From positions 37,057 through 101,056 of IMG/VR virus record IMGVR_UViG_3300048015_000072: 64,000 nucleotides of DNA; one strand, given 5' to 3'. The notes under the pieces are model-generated. The model saw only the letters and a program-made list of their open reading frames with translations, had not been told where the DNA came from and ran no database searches. Position numbers and translations under genes: made by a program. Of the stretch, positions 28,939-38,458 are shown piece by piece. Numbering within the stretch: the first letter of the stretch is position 1; every line of letters begins with the position of its first letter. The DNA comes from a virus.

Positions 28939-29475
28939 TCATGTTTTTGGTGTTCCTGGATCTTTCAAAACAACTGAAGCTTCTCCGAGGTCTTTGATTT
29001 CTTCTCCAGTATCGATGTCTTTGTAAAACCTAATGCCTCTCAAAAACTGAGAAGGGTCTTTGTCGTCCAGCATCCAAGACGGCTTTGGAAGTATTGCGGT
29101 TACATAACCAGTCAACCCCAAAAACTCAACTACAGCCCTGGCCCACTTAACTCCGCCTACGCTCCAAACGATCACTCCGATTCCTCTGGCTCTAAATTGC
29201 TTGATCAGTTCAACGTGGTGTTTATGAACAAGTACTTTTGCGTTAAAACCAAACGATGAAAAATCAACTGCATCCTTTGCCCTTGATTCTGGAAAATTCA
29301 AAAATACCAAAGTCTCATCAACGTCTACATAAAGGGTGCGGTCATAGTCGTGGAATACGGTTTTGTTTTCAGGAGCAAGTACAATCGATGGCTTTGGAGT
29401 CTCCACAACTGTGTTTTTGTAGTGCTCGATAAAATCTCGAACAGGAATAAAATCGTTAGTTTTATAGTTTTTCAT
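28939..29475 (-). CDS. HAD-superfamily hydrolase
   Basis: DVDETL motif I, VWS, KP...LDD. Confidence 0.8.
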   Translation of the reverse strand: MKNYKTNDFIPVRDFIEHYKNTVVETPKPSIVLAPENKTVFHDYDRTLYVDVDETLVFLNFPESRAKDAVDFSSFGFNAKVLVHKHHVELIKQFRARGIGVIVWSVGGVKWARAVVEFLGLTGYVTAILPKPSWMLDDKDPSQFLRGIRFYKDIDTGEEIKDLGEASVVLKDPGTPKT

Positions 29476-31009
29476 AAACTTTTACGTCTCCCCCGAAAGT
29501 GTTCTGATAAATGGATTCTCGAATTTTGGAATGCTTTGCTAAAAAATTGGTTCCGTAGAAATTGAAATCGTGAACTAGGGCTTTCTTTTTGCCCTCCGCT
29601 AAGCGAACCGCACGTCCAATAGCTTGAACAATTGCAATCTCAGACTTACCCCCGCGCGCGAGAATCAGGCGGTCTGTACTAAAAAGATCAATCCCTTCTC
29701 CAAGGACGGTAGAGGCGATCAGAATGCGAATATGCTTTTCGTTAAACTCCGCAATAGCTTCGGAAATAATATCTTTGGAATGGTCTCCAGACACGTAGGT
29801 GCTATCAATCCCCTGGCTGTTTAAATAATCGTGTATGACTGATCCTACAGTTGCCTTGCGATCTACAAGTATGAGGATTTGTTCTGTACTGGCTGCATTG
29901 AATATGATCTTGGAGATCTCCTCTAAAAATGGTTCGTTGTCTCCATAATTGTTTGAGTACTCTGTTTGGTATTTCTTTGAGGATTTTCCCGGAAGTTGAT
30001 GAATGTGAAACTGTACGGGGGTTAAGAATCCTTCGATTGTTGCCTTGTAAGCCGGATATGAATAAAGCTTTTCAGACAAAAACCCGTGCATGTCCATGGT
30101 CTTGGAATCGTTACGAAGGAATGTACCCGTAAATCCGAATCTATAGAACACATGATCCAGGTCAGAAAGAATGTTGGTGTAAGACTTGGAGCCAGAATGA
30201 TGAATTTCATCACATACCAAAAGTTGGACGTCTTGGACCAATTTGTTGTGAATTCCTTGTTTTTGCAAAGAGGCCAAAGTCTGTATAGTGCAAAGGCGAA
30301 TATTGCCTAAGCGTTTGCCATTCTTCACTTTGTCGGTTGTGACTTGCTCTACATGCTTTTTACCAAAAGCCAAGGTTAGAACTCTTAGGGTTTGCTGAAC
30401 GAGGGTACTGGACGGTAAAACTACAAGGGTTACTACCTCTAGTTCCTTAATGATCTGGGTAATAATCCGACTTTTACCGCTACCCACTGCACTTTCAAAT
30501 ACTCCGCGGTGTTTACTCAAAGCCAAGTCCACCATCTCTGCTTGGTAATAGCGCATCCTTGGCGGTTGATTCTTCCAACGTAAGGTCAAGGTAGGGGCGG
30601 GCTTAATGCGTAGATCCTTGAGGCTATAGGGCTCATTTAAAGACTTAAGGATACGCTCCACCAAACTAAGCAATCCAGTTGGGAACTCCGGCGTGACTTT
30701 AGATTCGTCAAACCAACAAACTACTTCCTGTGAAGCTAAATCATCAAACTGCTTTTTTGCACCAAACAACATCTTCCTGTTCTGACGTTTTTTGGCATAG
30801 GCCATCTTTCGGAGTAATGCGCTCCTTTGTTGTTTTACCTCTTCATTGGTGTACGTGAGAGCTGCCCGAATCTCATCTGATGCTTTTTGTGTTGCTCCAA
30901 ATAGCTTAGTGAAAGAGTTGCCTATGAGCAAAACGCAACCTTCCGAAGAGTTGTCTGGTTTTAATTTGTTGGATTTTGAATAGAGTGCAGCAAGCTTCTT
31001 AAGACTCAT
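29462..31009 (-). CDS. superfamily 2 DExH helicase (UvsW/XPB-like)
   Basis: RYYQ, AVGSGKS, DEIH, GFTGT, QAIGRAVR. Confidence 0.92.
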   Translation of the reverse strand: MSLKKLAALYSKSNKLKPDNSSEGCVLLIGNSFTKLFGATQKASDEIRAALTYTNEEVKQQRSALLRKMAYAKKRQNRKMLFGAKKQFDDLASQEVVCWFDESKVTPEFPTGLLSLVERILKSLNEPYSLKDLRIKPAPTLTLRWKNQPPRMRYYQAEMVDLALSKHRGVFESAVGSGKSRIITQIIKELEVVTLVVLPSSTLVQQTLRVLTLAFGKKHVEQVTTDKVKNGKRLGNIRLCTIQTLASLQKQGIHNKLVQDVQLLVCDEIHHSGSKSYTNILSDLDHVFYRFGFTGTFLRNDSKTMDMHGFLSEKLYSYPAYKATIEGFLTPVQFHIHQLPGKSSKKYQTEYSNNYGDNEPFLEEISKIIFNAASTEQILILVDRKATVGSVIHDYLNSQGIDSTYVSGDHSKDIISEAIAEFNEKHIRILIASTVLGEGIDLFSTDRLILARGGKSEIAIVQAIGRAVRLAEGKKKALVHDFNFYGTNFLAKHSKIRESIYQNTFGGDVKVYEKL

Positions 31010-31015
31010 TGTAAA

Positions 31016-31058
31016 AGGATATTACTTTATTTAACCTTTTGAAAGCGTTATTTAACCC
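31016..31058 (-). promoter_or_regulatory. leaderless sigma70-like promoter of the helicase with two operators
   Basis: TTTCAA-N17-TATCCT-N6-ATG; TATTTAACCT 31028-31037 and TATTTAACCC 31049-31058. Confidence 0.55.
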
Positions 31059-31078
31059 AAAGCTTGTAATTCGGATGT

Positions 31079-31111
31079 TGGCGGATAAATGTCGTATAAA
31101 TGGCGGATATC
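31079..31111. repeat. three tandem imperfect 11-bp repeats
   Basis: TGGCGGATAAA / TGTCGTATAAA / TGGCGGATATC. Confidence 0.55.
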
Positions 31112-31132
31112 TAGGATTGATTATAGATTCTC

Positions 31133-31648
31133 AAGACAATAGTACCCCCTACTTCTTAATCACCTTTATCGTGAGCCGTGTAACCTAGAAAGTGGGTGAC
31201 ACCGAGAAGTATCGCTTGGGGTTCTACGCTTAGAGTGTTCGTCCGAGATTGATCTGCTACTGGGAATCTCGATACTCAATTACAAGTATCTGGTAAGCCA
31301 GTGTTGTTCCCACCGCTTGTGAGCAGGAGGGTGATCAGTGCTCAAGAAGACTAGAAGAAGAGAGCTAGAGGCTTTCCACGCTACCAACATGGTTCCTCCT
31401 ACAGGATCTCTCTCGGATACACTCTAGGCTATCGTCCGATGAAGCAACAAGCGGGGATGGGCATGGGGGCTTAACTCTAGTCTATGCCCTAGGCTCACTA
31501 TGCTATTTCATCGCTATCGGGTATTTCTTTCGAGTACCCCTTCGCCTGGTTTTGGTGATTGGTTCTTGATTAACCGTACAAGGCTTGCCTTGCTAAGGCG
31601 TTAATCTTTACTATCAATCCCCGTACCGATCCGTAGTACTGAAGTCTT
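31133..31648 (+). ncRNA. candidate large structured noncoding RNA (about 516 nt), class unknown
   Basis: No ORF of 60 aa or more in any frame; paired ends; interrupted helix of about 23 bp (31228-31255/31404-31429); several 7-9 bp helices; crossing pairings; G-U wobbles favour the + strand. Confidence 0.65.
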
Positions 31649-31667
31649 TTACAGGCTATGCATCGAC

Positions 31668-31931
31668 TTAATGTTTTTTGATTGGCCCTTCAATGGGTTC
31701 ATTAGCAAATTGCTCTGCCAAGGTTTGATGGTAATGACGTTGAACTTCTCTTAAGTCTCGAAGCTCAAGAAACGCACTACTGCACCATTTAAGGACTTCT
31801 TCAAAGGTTGCTAAAAGCTCTTCGTAATTATCGAATTTGATATCTTTGAGGGATGCTTCCGGCACACCCATGCGGCGTTGACAGTCTTGAAACAGACGAT
31901 CTGATTCTAAAAGGAAGTCTTTCTTTTTCAA
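31668..31931 (-). CDS. hypothetical protein
   Basis: TTG start after GAGG; converges on the candidate RNA. Confidence 0.55.
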   Translation of the reverse strand: MKKKDFLLESDRLFQDCQRRMGVPEASLKDIKFDNYEELLATFEEVLKWCSSAFLELRDLREVQRHYHQTLAEQFANEPIEGPIKKH

Positions 31932-31996
31932 AAGAACCTCGGGTTTGTTTCAATTGTGATGACTTTGATTTGGGTCATACGCAGCATCATTTCAAC

Positions 31997-32076
31997 ATGA
32001 TACACGAAAAGGGTTAAATAAATCAACAAGTGGGTTGAACAAAAGCATTGCAAGGGTTAAATAAACGTGAGATCCT
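31997..32076. promoter_or_regulatory. divergent sigma70-like promoter pair with three operators
   Basis: Minus strand TTGATT-N18-TATCAT; plus strand TTGCAA-N17-GATCCT; operators at 32011, 32032 (variant) and 32054. Confidence 0.55.
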
Positions 32077-32101
32077 GGGTTTGAGCCTTGGAGGTACGTT
32101 T

Positions 32102-32401
32102 ATGAACCGAGTATTGGAATTAGTAACTTTGGTGTTTGTGATAATTATTGGAATACCGATAGTTCGATACATTGCTTACACTCCCCCTCAAGGTTCCTTT
32201 CAAGTTGGGGATTGCGTTCGAGTGTCTGAGACTGATCCTTGGCAAGCAGATACGTTTAAAATTACGGATATAGGTAAATACTCAGTCAGAGTTTATTGTG
32301 TTTACGAAAGCGGATTAGTTTGTTCGGTGTCAGAAACAATCAAATTCAAAGAACTTAGGAATCAGTATTCAAAAGTCGATTGTCCAAAGGAATCCAAATG
32401 A
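32102..32401 (+). CDS. membrane-anchored hypothetical protein
   Basis: ATG after GGAGG; TM helix then FQVGDCV domain. Confidence 0.6.
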   Translation: MNRVLELVTLVFVIIIGIPIVRYIAYTPPQGSFQVGDCVRVSETDPWQADTFKITDIGKYSVRVYCVYESGLVCSVSETIKFKELRNQYSKVDCPKESK

Positions 32402-32799
32402 TTCATTTCATAATCAATTTGGTTCTAGCGTATTTTGGTATTGGGATTTTGTTCGCTGCAATTTACGCCGGAACTTACATGAGTAGTGTAAGAGAAGCTT
32501 TGGATCGAGTTGAAGATTTATTTATGATCCTCATGCAAGGTCCAGTGTTGATCTTTAAAGGTGCAGTAATTGCCATTGAAAAAGAAAATACTAAAGGTCT
32601 TCAATACGAAGAAGAAGAACGAGCCCGCAAATCTTTAATTGAAAAAATACTAGAGCGACAAAATGAAGTCATTAAGTACAGAGTTCGAGTGCTTAAAGAA
32701 GCAAACGAAATTCTTCAAAAAGAAAACGAAGCACTAAAGTTACAACTTTCAGTTTCAAAACCTAAAACGCAAAAGAAAAAATCGAGGGTACGCGCATGA
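32398..32799 (+). CDS. membrane protein with coiled coil
   Basis: N-terminal TM; ATGA coupling. Confidence 0.55.
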   Translation: MIHFIINLVLAYFGIGILFAAIYAGTYMSSVREALDRVEDLFMILMQGPVLIFKGAVIAIEKENTKGLQYEEEERARKSLIEKILERQNEVIKYRVRVLKEANEILQKENEALKLQLSVSKPKTQKKKSRVRA

Positions 32800-33578
32800 A
32801 AATCACAATTGCAATTGCGTTAGGTATGACAATGGTTTCTTGCGGCCAAAACTTTAGAGAAATTCAGGCCCCAACATACAATAGCGAGTGGTCATTTAGT
32901 CGGGATCTCAACTTAAATTCAGTTTGTGCATCCGGAACCGGCATATTGATGAGTGAGGGTTTAGACCTCAATCGAAATGGTATTTTGGATGCGACTGAAA
33001 TCCAACAAACGATGCCTGTTTGTGATGGTGCAAAAGGCGATCCCGGTGCGACTGGCCCTCAAGGTCCAACCGGAGCAACAGGCGCTACTGGATCTACAGG
33101 AGCAACTGGACCACAAGGGCCTACTGGCGCTACGGGGGCAACAGGTTCCTCGGGAAGTAACGGTACATCTTGCACAGTCAGTGAAGTCCCACCGACTACT
33201 GGGTTAGCTACAGGCGCTGCGAAAATCACATGTGGTTCAAATTCCGTCTTGGTTTATAACGGCAGCACGAGTCCCGTTTCAGAATCTTACAGTCTGGTTC
33301 AGGAAATTACCCCTTGTGGAGCAAACAGTAGCCCGTACAAAGAAGTTTTACTTCAGTTTGCTGATGGACATCTCCTAGGAAGTTTTTCTGATACGGCCTC
33401 TGGGTCAAATACGAGATTTGCAAATATGACTGATGGGTCGTTCGTCGATACGGATAACAGCGGTTGTAATTTCACAATCTCAACCAACGGTAGCACTCGA
33501 AGCATTAGTTGGGCCGCCGGACACAACCAATATTCCACTTGGTCAGCTCAAACTTTAAGTTGGCCCATTTACTATTAA
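32796..33578 (+). CDS. lipoprotein with collagen-like repeat
   Basis: Lipobox MVSC; [11 protein letters not shown]; 16 Gly-X-Y triplets (33027-33170). Confidence 0.8.
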   Translation: MKITIAIALGMTMVSCGQNFREIQAPTYNSEWSFSRDLNLNSVCASGTGILMSEGLDLNRNGILDATEIQQTMPVCDGAKGDPGATGPQGPTGATGATGSTGATGPQGPTGATGATGSSGSNGTSCTVSEVPPTTGLATGAAKITCGSNSVLVYNGSTSPVSESYSLVQEITPCGANSSPYKEVLLQFADGHLLGSFSDTASGSNTRFANMTDGSFVDTDNSGCNFTISTNGSTRSISWAAGHNQYSTWSAQTLSWPIYY

Positions 33579-33585
33579 GGCATTT

Positions 33586-33810
33586 ATGTTTTTAATCGCA
33601 GCGATCCTTTTTTGTACCAAGACTCAAGTAATCAACGCGACCGACACTTGGAATATGCAGGATGCCAAAGCTTTAGAGCGGGCAACTGCACACTGCGGGG
33701 ATGAATACAAAGATGCACCTTGCCTTAAAATTTTTAAGAAATCCGAACAAGGTGTTTACTCAGCGATTTGTGGCTCTACAGCTACTACTAGTCTCGAGCG
33801 GCAATTATGA
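33586..33810 (+). CDS. small secreted Cys-rich protein
   Basis: Four Cys, hydrophobic N-terminus. Confidence 0.55.
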   Translation: MFLIAAILFCTKTQVINATDTWNMQDAKALERATAHCGDEYKDAPCLKIFKKSEQGVYSAICGSTATTSLERQL

Positions 33811-34028
33811 AAAAGTTTACCTCGATCTTTTTAATTAATCTCGTTTTGACCTTCTCTTTTTCGATTTTGCTTTCAGTGTTTGTTCTCGGGCTTGGCGAAA
33901 ACGAATCTGGAAAACAGATTGTAGAGTCCACATCAGTAGCCATGGGTTTTTTTGGAATTCCCTATTCGGTTTTTGCGAGCGTTTTGACGTATCTAATCAC
34001 CAAACTCGGAGTTTTTAAAAATGAATGA
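33807..34028 (+). CDS. small membrane protein
   Basis: Two TM helices. Confidence 0.55.
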   Translation: MKKFTSIFLINLVLTFSFSILLSVFVLGLGENESGKQIVESTSVAMGFFGIPYSVFASVLTYLITKLGVFKNE

Positions 34029-34209
34029 AGTGCAAATCCAACTCAAAAGTGCTGCTTTTGATTCTTTTATGATCTCCGCCTTTTTTGCATTTTTGGGAAT
34101 CATTATGCTGAGCAACGGCATTTGGTTCGGAATTATTCAAATTGGTCTTTCGCTTTTAAACGCCTTAGTCGGTGCAAAACGATACCGCCTTAGCAAGGAA
34201 ATAAAATGA
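34021..34209 (+). CDS. small membrane protein
   Basis: Two TM helices; coupled to GroEL. Confidence 0.5.
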   Translation: MNEVQIQLKSAAFDSFMISAFFAFLGIIMLSNGIWFGIIQIGLSLLNALVGAKRYRLSKEIK

Positions 34210-35810
34210 GCTTCAAAAGAATCACTCACAAGAATGAGTTTTCACAAAAAATTAAAATTGGTGTAAATGAGATCTCCAGTATCGTAGCCCGAACTCTGGG
34301 TCCCGGGGGTTTGCCAATCCTGCTTGAGCGCCAAGGCGTTTCACATACCGGAGACCCTCTCACTCCCCTAATTACCAAAGACGGCGTAACGGTAGCTTCT
34401 GAGTGCTCTAATCCTGATCCAGAGATTGATCTTGTCATCCAAACCATCAAAACAATTTGTATCAAAACTAACCGCGTAGCTGGTGATGGAACCACAACTG
34501 CTATTGTCCTTGGTGCAGCTATTTTAAAAGAATGCCTAGAGCGCCTAGAAAAAGACTCAAAACTCAATCCTCAAATAGTAAAGAGATCTTTGGAGGCCGC
34601 TTCAAGGAATGTACTTGAACAATTGAAGGCCCTTGCCATTCCGGTCAAAGATCCAAAGATGATTGAAGACGTTGCAACTATCTCGGCAAATGGAGATGCT
34701 GAAATTGGAAGCATTATCCGTCAAGCGTTTGATGCTGTCGGAGCTGAAGGTGTTATCACAGTAGATGAGGGTTACACCCCTAAAACAACTTTGGATATTG
34801 TAGAAGGTTTTCAAATTCGTCGGGGAGCTGAAGCTCAAGATCGATTTTTTAATAATTCAGATCGTACCAAGTTTGAAGCTGAAAACGTCCGGGTACTTTT
34901 ATTTGACGGCAAGCTCAATTCATTCAATGACATTTTGCCAGCTCTAAACGCAATCGCAGCCGAAAACCCAACCAAGATCCCCCCGATTGCTATTGTGGCC
35001 CACGAGTTTTCACCAGAAGTTATCCAGTTTCTTTTAATTCAAAAAGTCGAACACAGTTTAAACTTTTGCGCAGTTAAAGCTCCGCACACAACCACTGTCA
35101 GGACTTCAATGCTAGATGATATGGCCGTAATGCTTGATGGCTACCGTTTTGGTAACGGAAACCGAGATATGTCTTCCGCAAAATCAGAACAAATCGGCGG
35201 CTGCGAAAAAGTGGTTATTGACAAGTACACCGCTACTTTCTACGGAGGATTCGGAGACGAGTCCGATGTAATTGCCCGAGTAGAACAATTAAAGGCGGCT
35301 CGAAAGACCGCGGAAAGTCCATATGATGCGGCATTAATTTCTGATCGAATTGCGGCTCTTTCTCAAGGCATCGCTAAAATTGGCGTTGGTGGGTCAACCG
35401 ATTTAGAAGTTAAAGAACTTTATCATAGAATTGAAGATGCCCTAAATGCCGCTCGTGCAGCGGTTGAGGAGGGTATTATCCCCGGCGGCGGGGTAGTACT
35501 CGCACGCATTGCAAACAAATTTGCAAGCTCTGAACAAATTGGCGAACAAATTCTCGCAAACGCATTGATAGCACCCCTTCTTCAAATTATTCAAAACATC
35601 GGAGAAGACGCTCATGAGATATTGTTTTCTCTTCCCCACCAATTAGAAAATATGACCTATGATGCAGTTAACAAGCAATGGGTAAACGCTCTTGAAATGG
35701 GTATTATAGATCCAGTTAAAGTCACAAGAACCGCTCTAGAAAACGCCGTATCCATTGCAAGCTTGTTATCAACCTCCGGCGGCGGAATCGTCTTTAATCG
35801 ACCACAATAG
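34206..35810 (+). CDS. groEL: phage-encoded chaperonin GroEL (Cpn60)
   Basis: TLGPGG, ITKDGVTVA, AGDGTTT, GIIPGGG, GIIDPVKVTRTALENA; lacks GGM tail. Confidence 0.93.
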   Translation: MSFKRITHKNEFSQKIKIGVNEISSIVARTLGPGGLPILLERQGVSHTGDPLTPLITKDGVTVASECSNPDPEIDLVIQTIKTICIKTNRVAGDGTTTAIVLGAAILKECLERLEKDSKLNPQIVKRSLEAASRNVLEQLKALAIPVKDPKMIEDVATISANGDAEIGSIIRQAFDAVGAEGVITVDEGYTPKTTLDIVEGFQIRRGAEAQDRFFNNSDRTKFEAENVRVLLFDGKLNSFNDILPALNAIAAENPTKIPPIAIVAHEFSPEVIQFLLIQKVEHSLNFCAVKAPHTTTVRTSMLDDMAVMLDGYRFGNGNRDMSSAKSEQIGGCEKVVIDKYTATFYGGFGDESDVIARVEQLKAARKTAESPYDAALISDRIAALSQGIAKIGVGGSTDLEVKELYHRIEDALNAARAAVEEGIIPGGGVVLARIANKFASSEQIGEQILANALIAPLLQIIQNIGEDAHEILFSLPHQLENMTYDAVNKQWVNALEMGIIDPVKVTRTALENAVSIASLLSTSGGGIVFNRPQ

Positions 35811-35858
35811 AGTTCAAAATCACACCAAAGCCCCCTGTTAAAATAGATCAGGGGGTAT

Positions 35859-36158
35859 ATGGGCAAACGGAACCGCCAAGATACCAAAAATGACAAAAGT
35901 TCTTCTGAACTTATTCGAAAGTTCAAAGGAATCATCAACAAGCTCGAAAAAGAAGTACGCCAGCTTCGACGTGAGCTTGGTAGAAGACTCGACGCAACAT
36001 CAGACTACCAAGACCTGATTCATGAAACTCAGCCACTTCCAAATATCACTCCAACTCCAACTTGCCCCGATTGTGGAAATTCTACTTCTGAAATTGATCT
36101 CGGAAAATTTGTCATCATTAAGTGCAACGAGTGTTTTTGGAAAACTCGAAAAAAGTAA
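35859..36158 (+). CDS. coiled-coil zinc-ribbon protein
   Basis: CPDC...CNEC. Confidence 0.6.
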   Translation: MGKRNRQDTKNDKSSSELIRKFKGIINKLEKEVRQLRRELGRRLDATSDYQDLIHETQPLPNITPTPTCPDCGNSTSEIDLGKFVIIKCNECFWKTRKK

Positions 36159-36198
36159 GGTTAAATAACTTGCAAAGATGGGTTAAATAACGCATCAT
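36158..36198 (+). promoter_or_regulatory. sigma70-like promoter with two operators
   Basis: TTGCAA-N17-CATCAT; AGGTTAAATA 36158 and GGGTTAAATA 36180. Confidence 0.55.
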
Positions 36199-36217
36199 AT
36201 TTATATCCTCACGTAAG

Positions 36218-36784
36218 TTGATTGGAAGAAAAGTGAACCTTAAAGAGAACGACGTAGTCACTCTTGATCTAGGCAAAAATAGCAAGTTATCAAATGCCTA
36301 TCACATCCATCGAAAGCTGGATGGTGAATCTATTTTAAGTCATCCATTGGCCCCCCAATGTTTGATCATTAAAAAAGATTCCGAGCTTAATACTGTTTTA
36401 GGGCATGGGAAAAGCACCCACCAAAGATGTCTCGAGTATGTAAAACGAAACAAGCAATATCTTAGTTATCACGACAAGTGTGAAATCGACGCACTTTGTT
36501 TGTACTTTGTTGTCTATAAAAACACTACTCCTCAGCACAGACACAGTGTTTCTTTGCTCTGCGAAGTCATAGCCAAAATTTATTGTCAGGGATCTTTAAA
36601 CCGAGCTTACAAGATTCTCAAAGAAAATAAACCAGTCATTCAAGCAGATGAGTTCAATGAGCGTTATTACGCACTTCATGAAAAATTCATTGAAGGAATT
36701 GAGACGAAAATGACTGATAAACAAATATCTACAATTTATCGATTGGTCGGATTTTCCCTCGCACAAATTGAGAGCTATGAATAA
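36218..36784 (+). CDS. hypothetical protein
   Basis: 188-aa ORF. Confidence 0.6.
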   Translation: MIGRKVNLKENDVVTLDLGKNSKLSNAYHIHRKLDGESILSHPLAPQCLIIKKDSELNTVLGHGKSTHQRCLEYVKRNKQYLSYHDKCEIDALCLYFVVYKNTTPQHRHSVSLLCEVIAKIYCQGSLNRAYKILKENKPVIQADEFNERYYALHEKFIEGIETKMTDKQISTIYRLVGFSLAQIESYE

Positions 36785-38378
36785 AAAAGCAAAAGTGCTT
36801 GACGTAGTCGGAGCCTATCTTCGTTTTGCAAAAAACAATGGTAAATTGCCGTCTAATTCAGATTTGGCAAAGCTTGGCGTAAGCAGAGAAACCGTTCGTC
36901 ATCGTTACGGCAGCATTACTGATTTGCATAAATTCGTAAAACAAAATCATTCACAAGAATTATCTGAATACGTTTTTGACGAGAGTTTGTTCACCGAAGC
37001 GCGATTCAAAGATTTGGTAAAAGAGACGAAGAAGTACAAAAAATTTGTGATCACGACCTCGGTAGTAGAAAAGTCGGTTGATCAAAATTTTCTAAAATCA
37101 CTTCGAAGTTATTGCCGAAGAAATAAGGCCATGCTTCTTGTTTTGCCTTGTGCAGATGTCGCTTCTCGAGGACGCGGAAGCGAATGGATTTTAGATCCAG
37201 TTTTGAAGAATGAACACATCGTTTATAACGATCTCTCTTTGAACGACAATTTGTTCATTTGCTCGATCAAATTAAGTGCAAAACACATTAACCCGTTAAC
37301 GGGCCTTTCACGAATTGGACAACGTAACGGATCGTTCGTTTACGCAAGCCCCAAACAAGCCCTCGAATTTGTGGCTACTAAAACCAAAGGTATTCCGCAC
37401 GCGCTGATGACTCCTGGTGCGGTTACGGTAGGTGATTACAACACGGATAAGTACATGAGCGGTAGAACTTCCTACATTGCAGAAAACGACCATGTGCTTG
37501 GAGCCGTTGTGGTCGAGATTTCTGATCGAAAGCTTTTTCATTTTAGACAAATTCAAGCCGACAAAACAGGTTCGTTCATTGATCTTGGAGTTCAATACGA
37601 TGCTTCCGGCAAGACCAAGAGAGTTATTCCCGAAGCTTTTGTATTAGGGGATTACCATTCAGGAGAGACCGACCTACAGGCTAAGCAAGCCTGGAAGGAA
37701 GTCTGCAAATTAGTAAAGCCAAAAAATTTGGTTTTGCACGATCTGTACGATGGCAAAAGCATCAGTCACCACGACTTAAATAAGCCCGGAAAACGCGCAG
37801 CCAAAGCAATGCTAAACCAACTGAGTCTTGAATCCGAAATCAGAGGAATGTGCTCAGATTTGAATGAGATGATGAAGTGGGTAAATGGAGAACTTGTCAT
37901 AGTTAAATCAAACCATGATGAAGTTTTAGAACGGTATTTAAACGAAGGTCGCTATATCCAGGACCCCCACAATCATTATTTGTCTTTGAAACTAGCTCAA
38001 AAACAACTCGAGCAAATTGATCCACTCAAATACGCAGCCGAAGAGTTGTTTGGAGTCGCGAACAAATCTCGTATTAAATGGCTTCTTCGGGATGAAGAGT
38101 ACCGTATCGCAAATGTTGAATGCGGGGCTCACGGGGACAAGGGTGCTAATGGTAGCAAAGGATCTCTACTGAGTCTCGAAAAGGCTTATGGCTCTTGTAT
38201 CATTGGACACGCCCATACCGCTGCAATACTTCGTGGTGTATTCCGGGTTGGGACTTCTAGCAAACTAGATTTAGATTACGCTAGTGGACCGTCTTCCTGG
38301 ACTCATACTTCATGTCTAATTTATCCAAATGGTTCCCGCCAACTGATCAACGTCATTTACGGAAAATGGCATCTTTAA
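36777..38378 (+). CDS. phage metallophosphoesterase-fold nuclease, T5 A1-like
   Basis: N-terminal HTH-like region; GDYH, HDLYDG, SNHD, HGDKGANG, GHAH motifs. Confidence 0.65.
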   Translation: MNKKAKVLDVVGAYLRFAKNNGKLPSNSDLAKLGVSRETVRHRYGSITDLHKFVKQNHSQELSEYVFDESLFTEARFKDLVKETKKYKKFVITTSVVEKSVDQNFLKSLRSYCRRNKAMLLVLPCADVASRGRGSEWILDPVLKNEHIVYNDLSLNDNLFICSIKLSAKHINPLTGLSRIGQRNGSFVYASPKQALEFVATKTKGIPHALMTPGAVTVGDYNTDKYMSGRTSYIAENDHVLGAVVVEISDRKLFHFRQIQADKTGSFIDLGVQYDASGKTKRVIPEAFVLGDYHSGETDLQAKQAWKEVCKLVKPKNLVLHDLYDGKSISHHDLNKPGKRAAKAMLNQLSLESEIRGMCSDLNEMMKWVNGELVIVKSNHDEVLERYLNEGRYIQDPHNHYLSLKLAQKQLEQIDPLKYAAEELFGVANKSRIKWLLRDEEYRIANVECGAHGDKGANGSKGSLLSLEKAYGSCIIGHAHTAAILRGVFRVGTSSKLDLDYASGPSSWTHTSCLIYPNGSRQLINVIYGKWHL

Positions 38379-38401
38379 AAAATTGATTGCATAAAAAGAC
38401 C

Positions 38402-38437
38402 TTGAGTTATTTAACCTAATGTGGCACTATTTAACCA
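38402..38437 (+). promoter_or_regulatory. sigma70-like promoter of the replication operon with two operators
   Basis: TTGAGT-N17-CACTAT; TATTTAACCT 38408 and TATTTAACCA 38428. Confidence 0.6.
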
Positions 38438-38458
38438 TACCCACAAGGAGCATTAAGA

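Noticed and set aside
31173-31206. GAGCCGTGT...GAAAG resembling group II intron domain V
   Set aside because: The 3' side lacks the pairing GGTTC/GGCTC, it lies near the 5' end of the element, and there is no interrupted gene or maturase.
31341-31483. AGACTAGA/TCTAGTCT resembling group I intron P7
   Set aside because: No AAGAUA-type J8/7 sequence, no flanking exons and no identifiable P4-P6 consensus.
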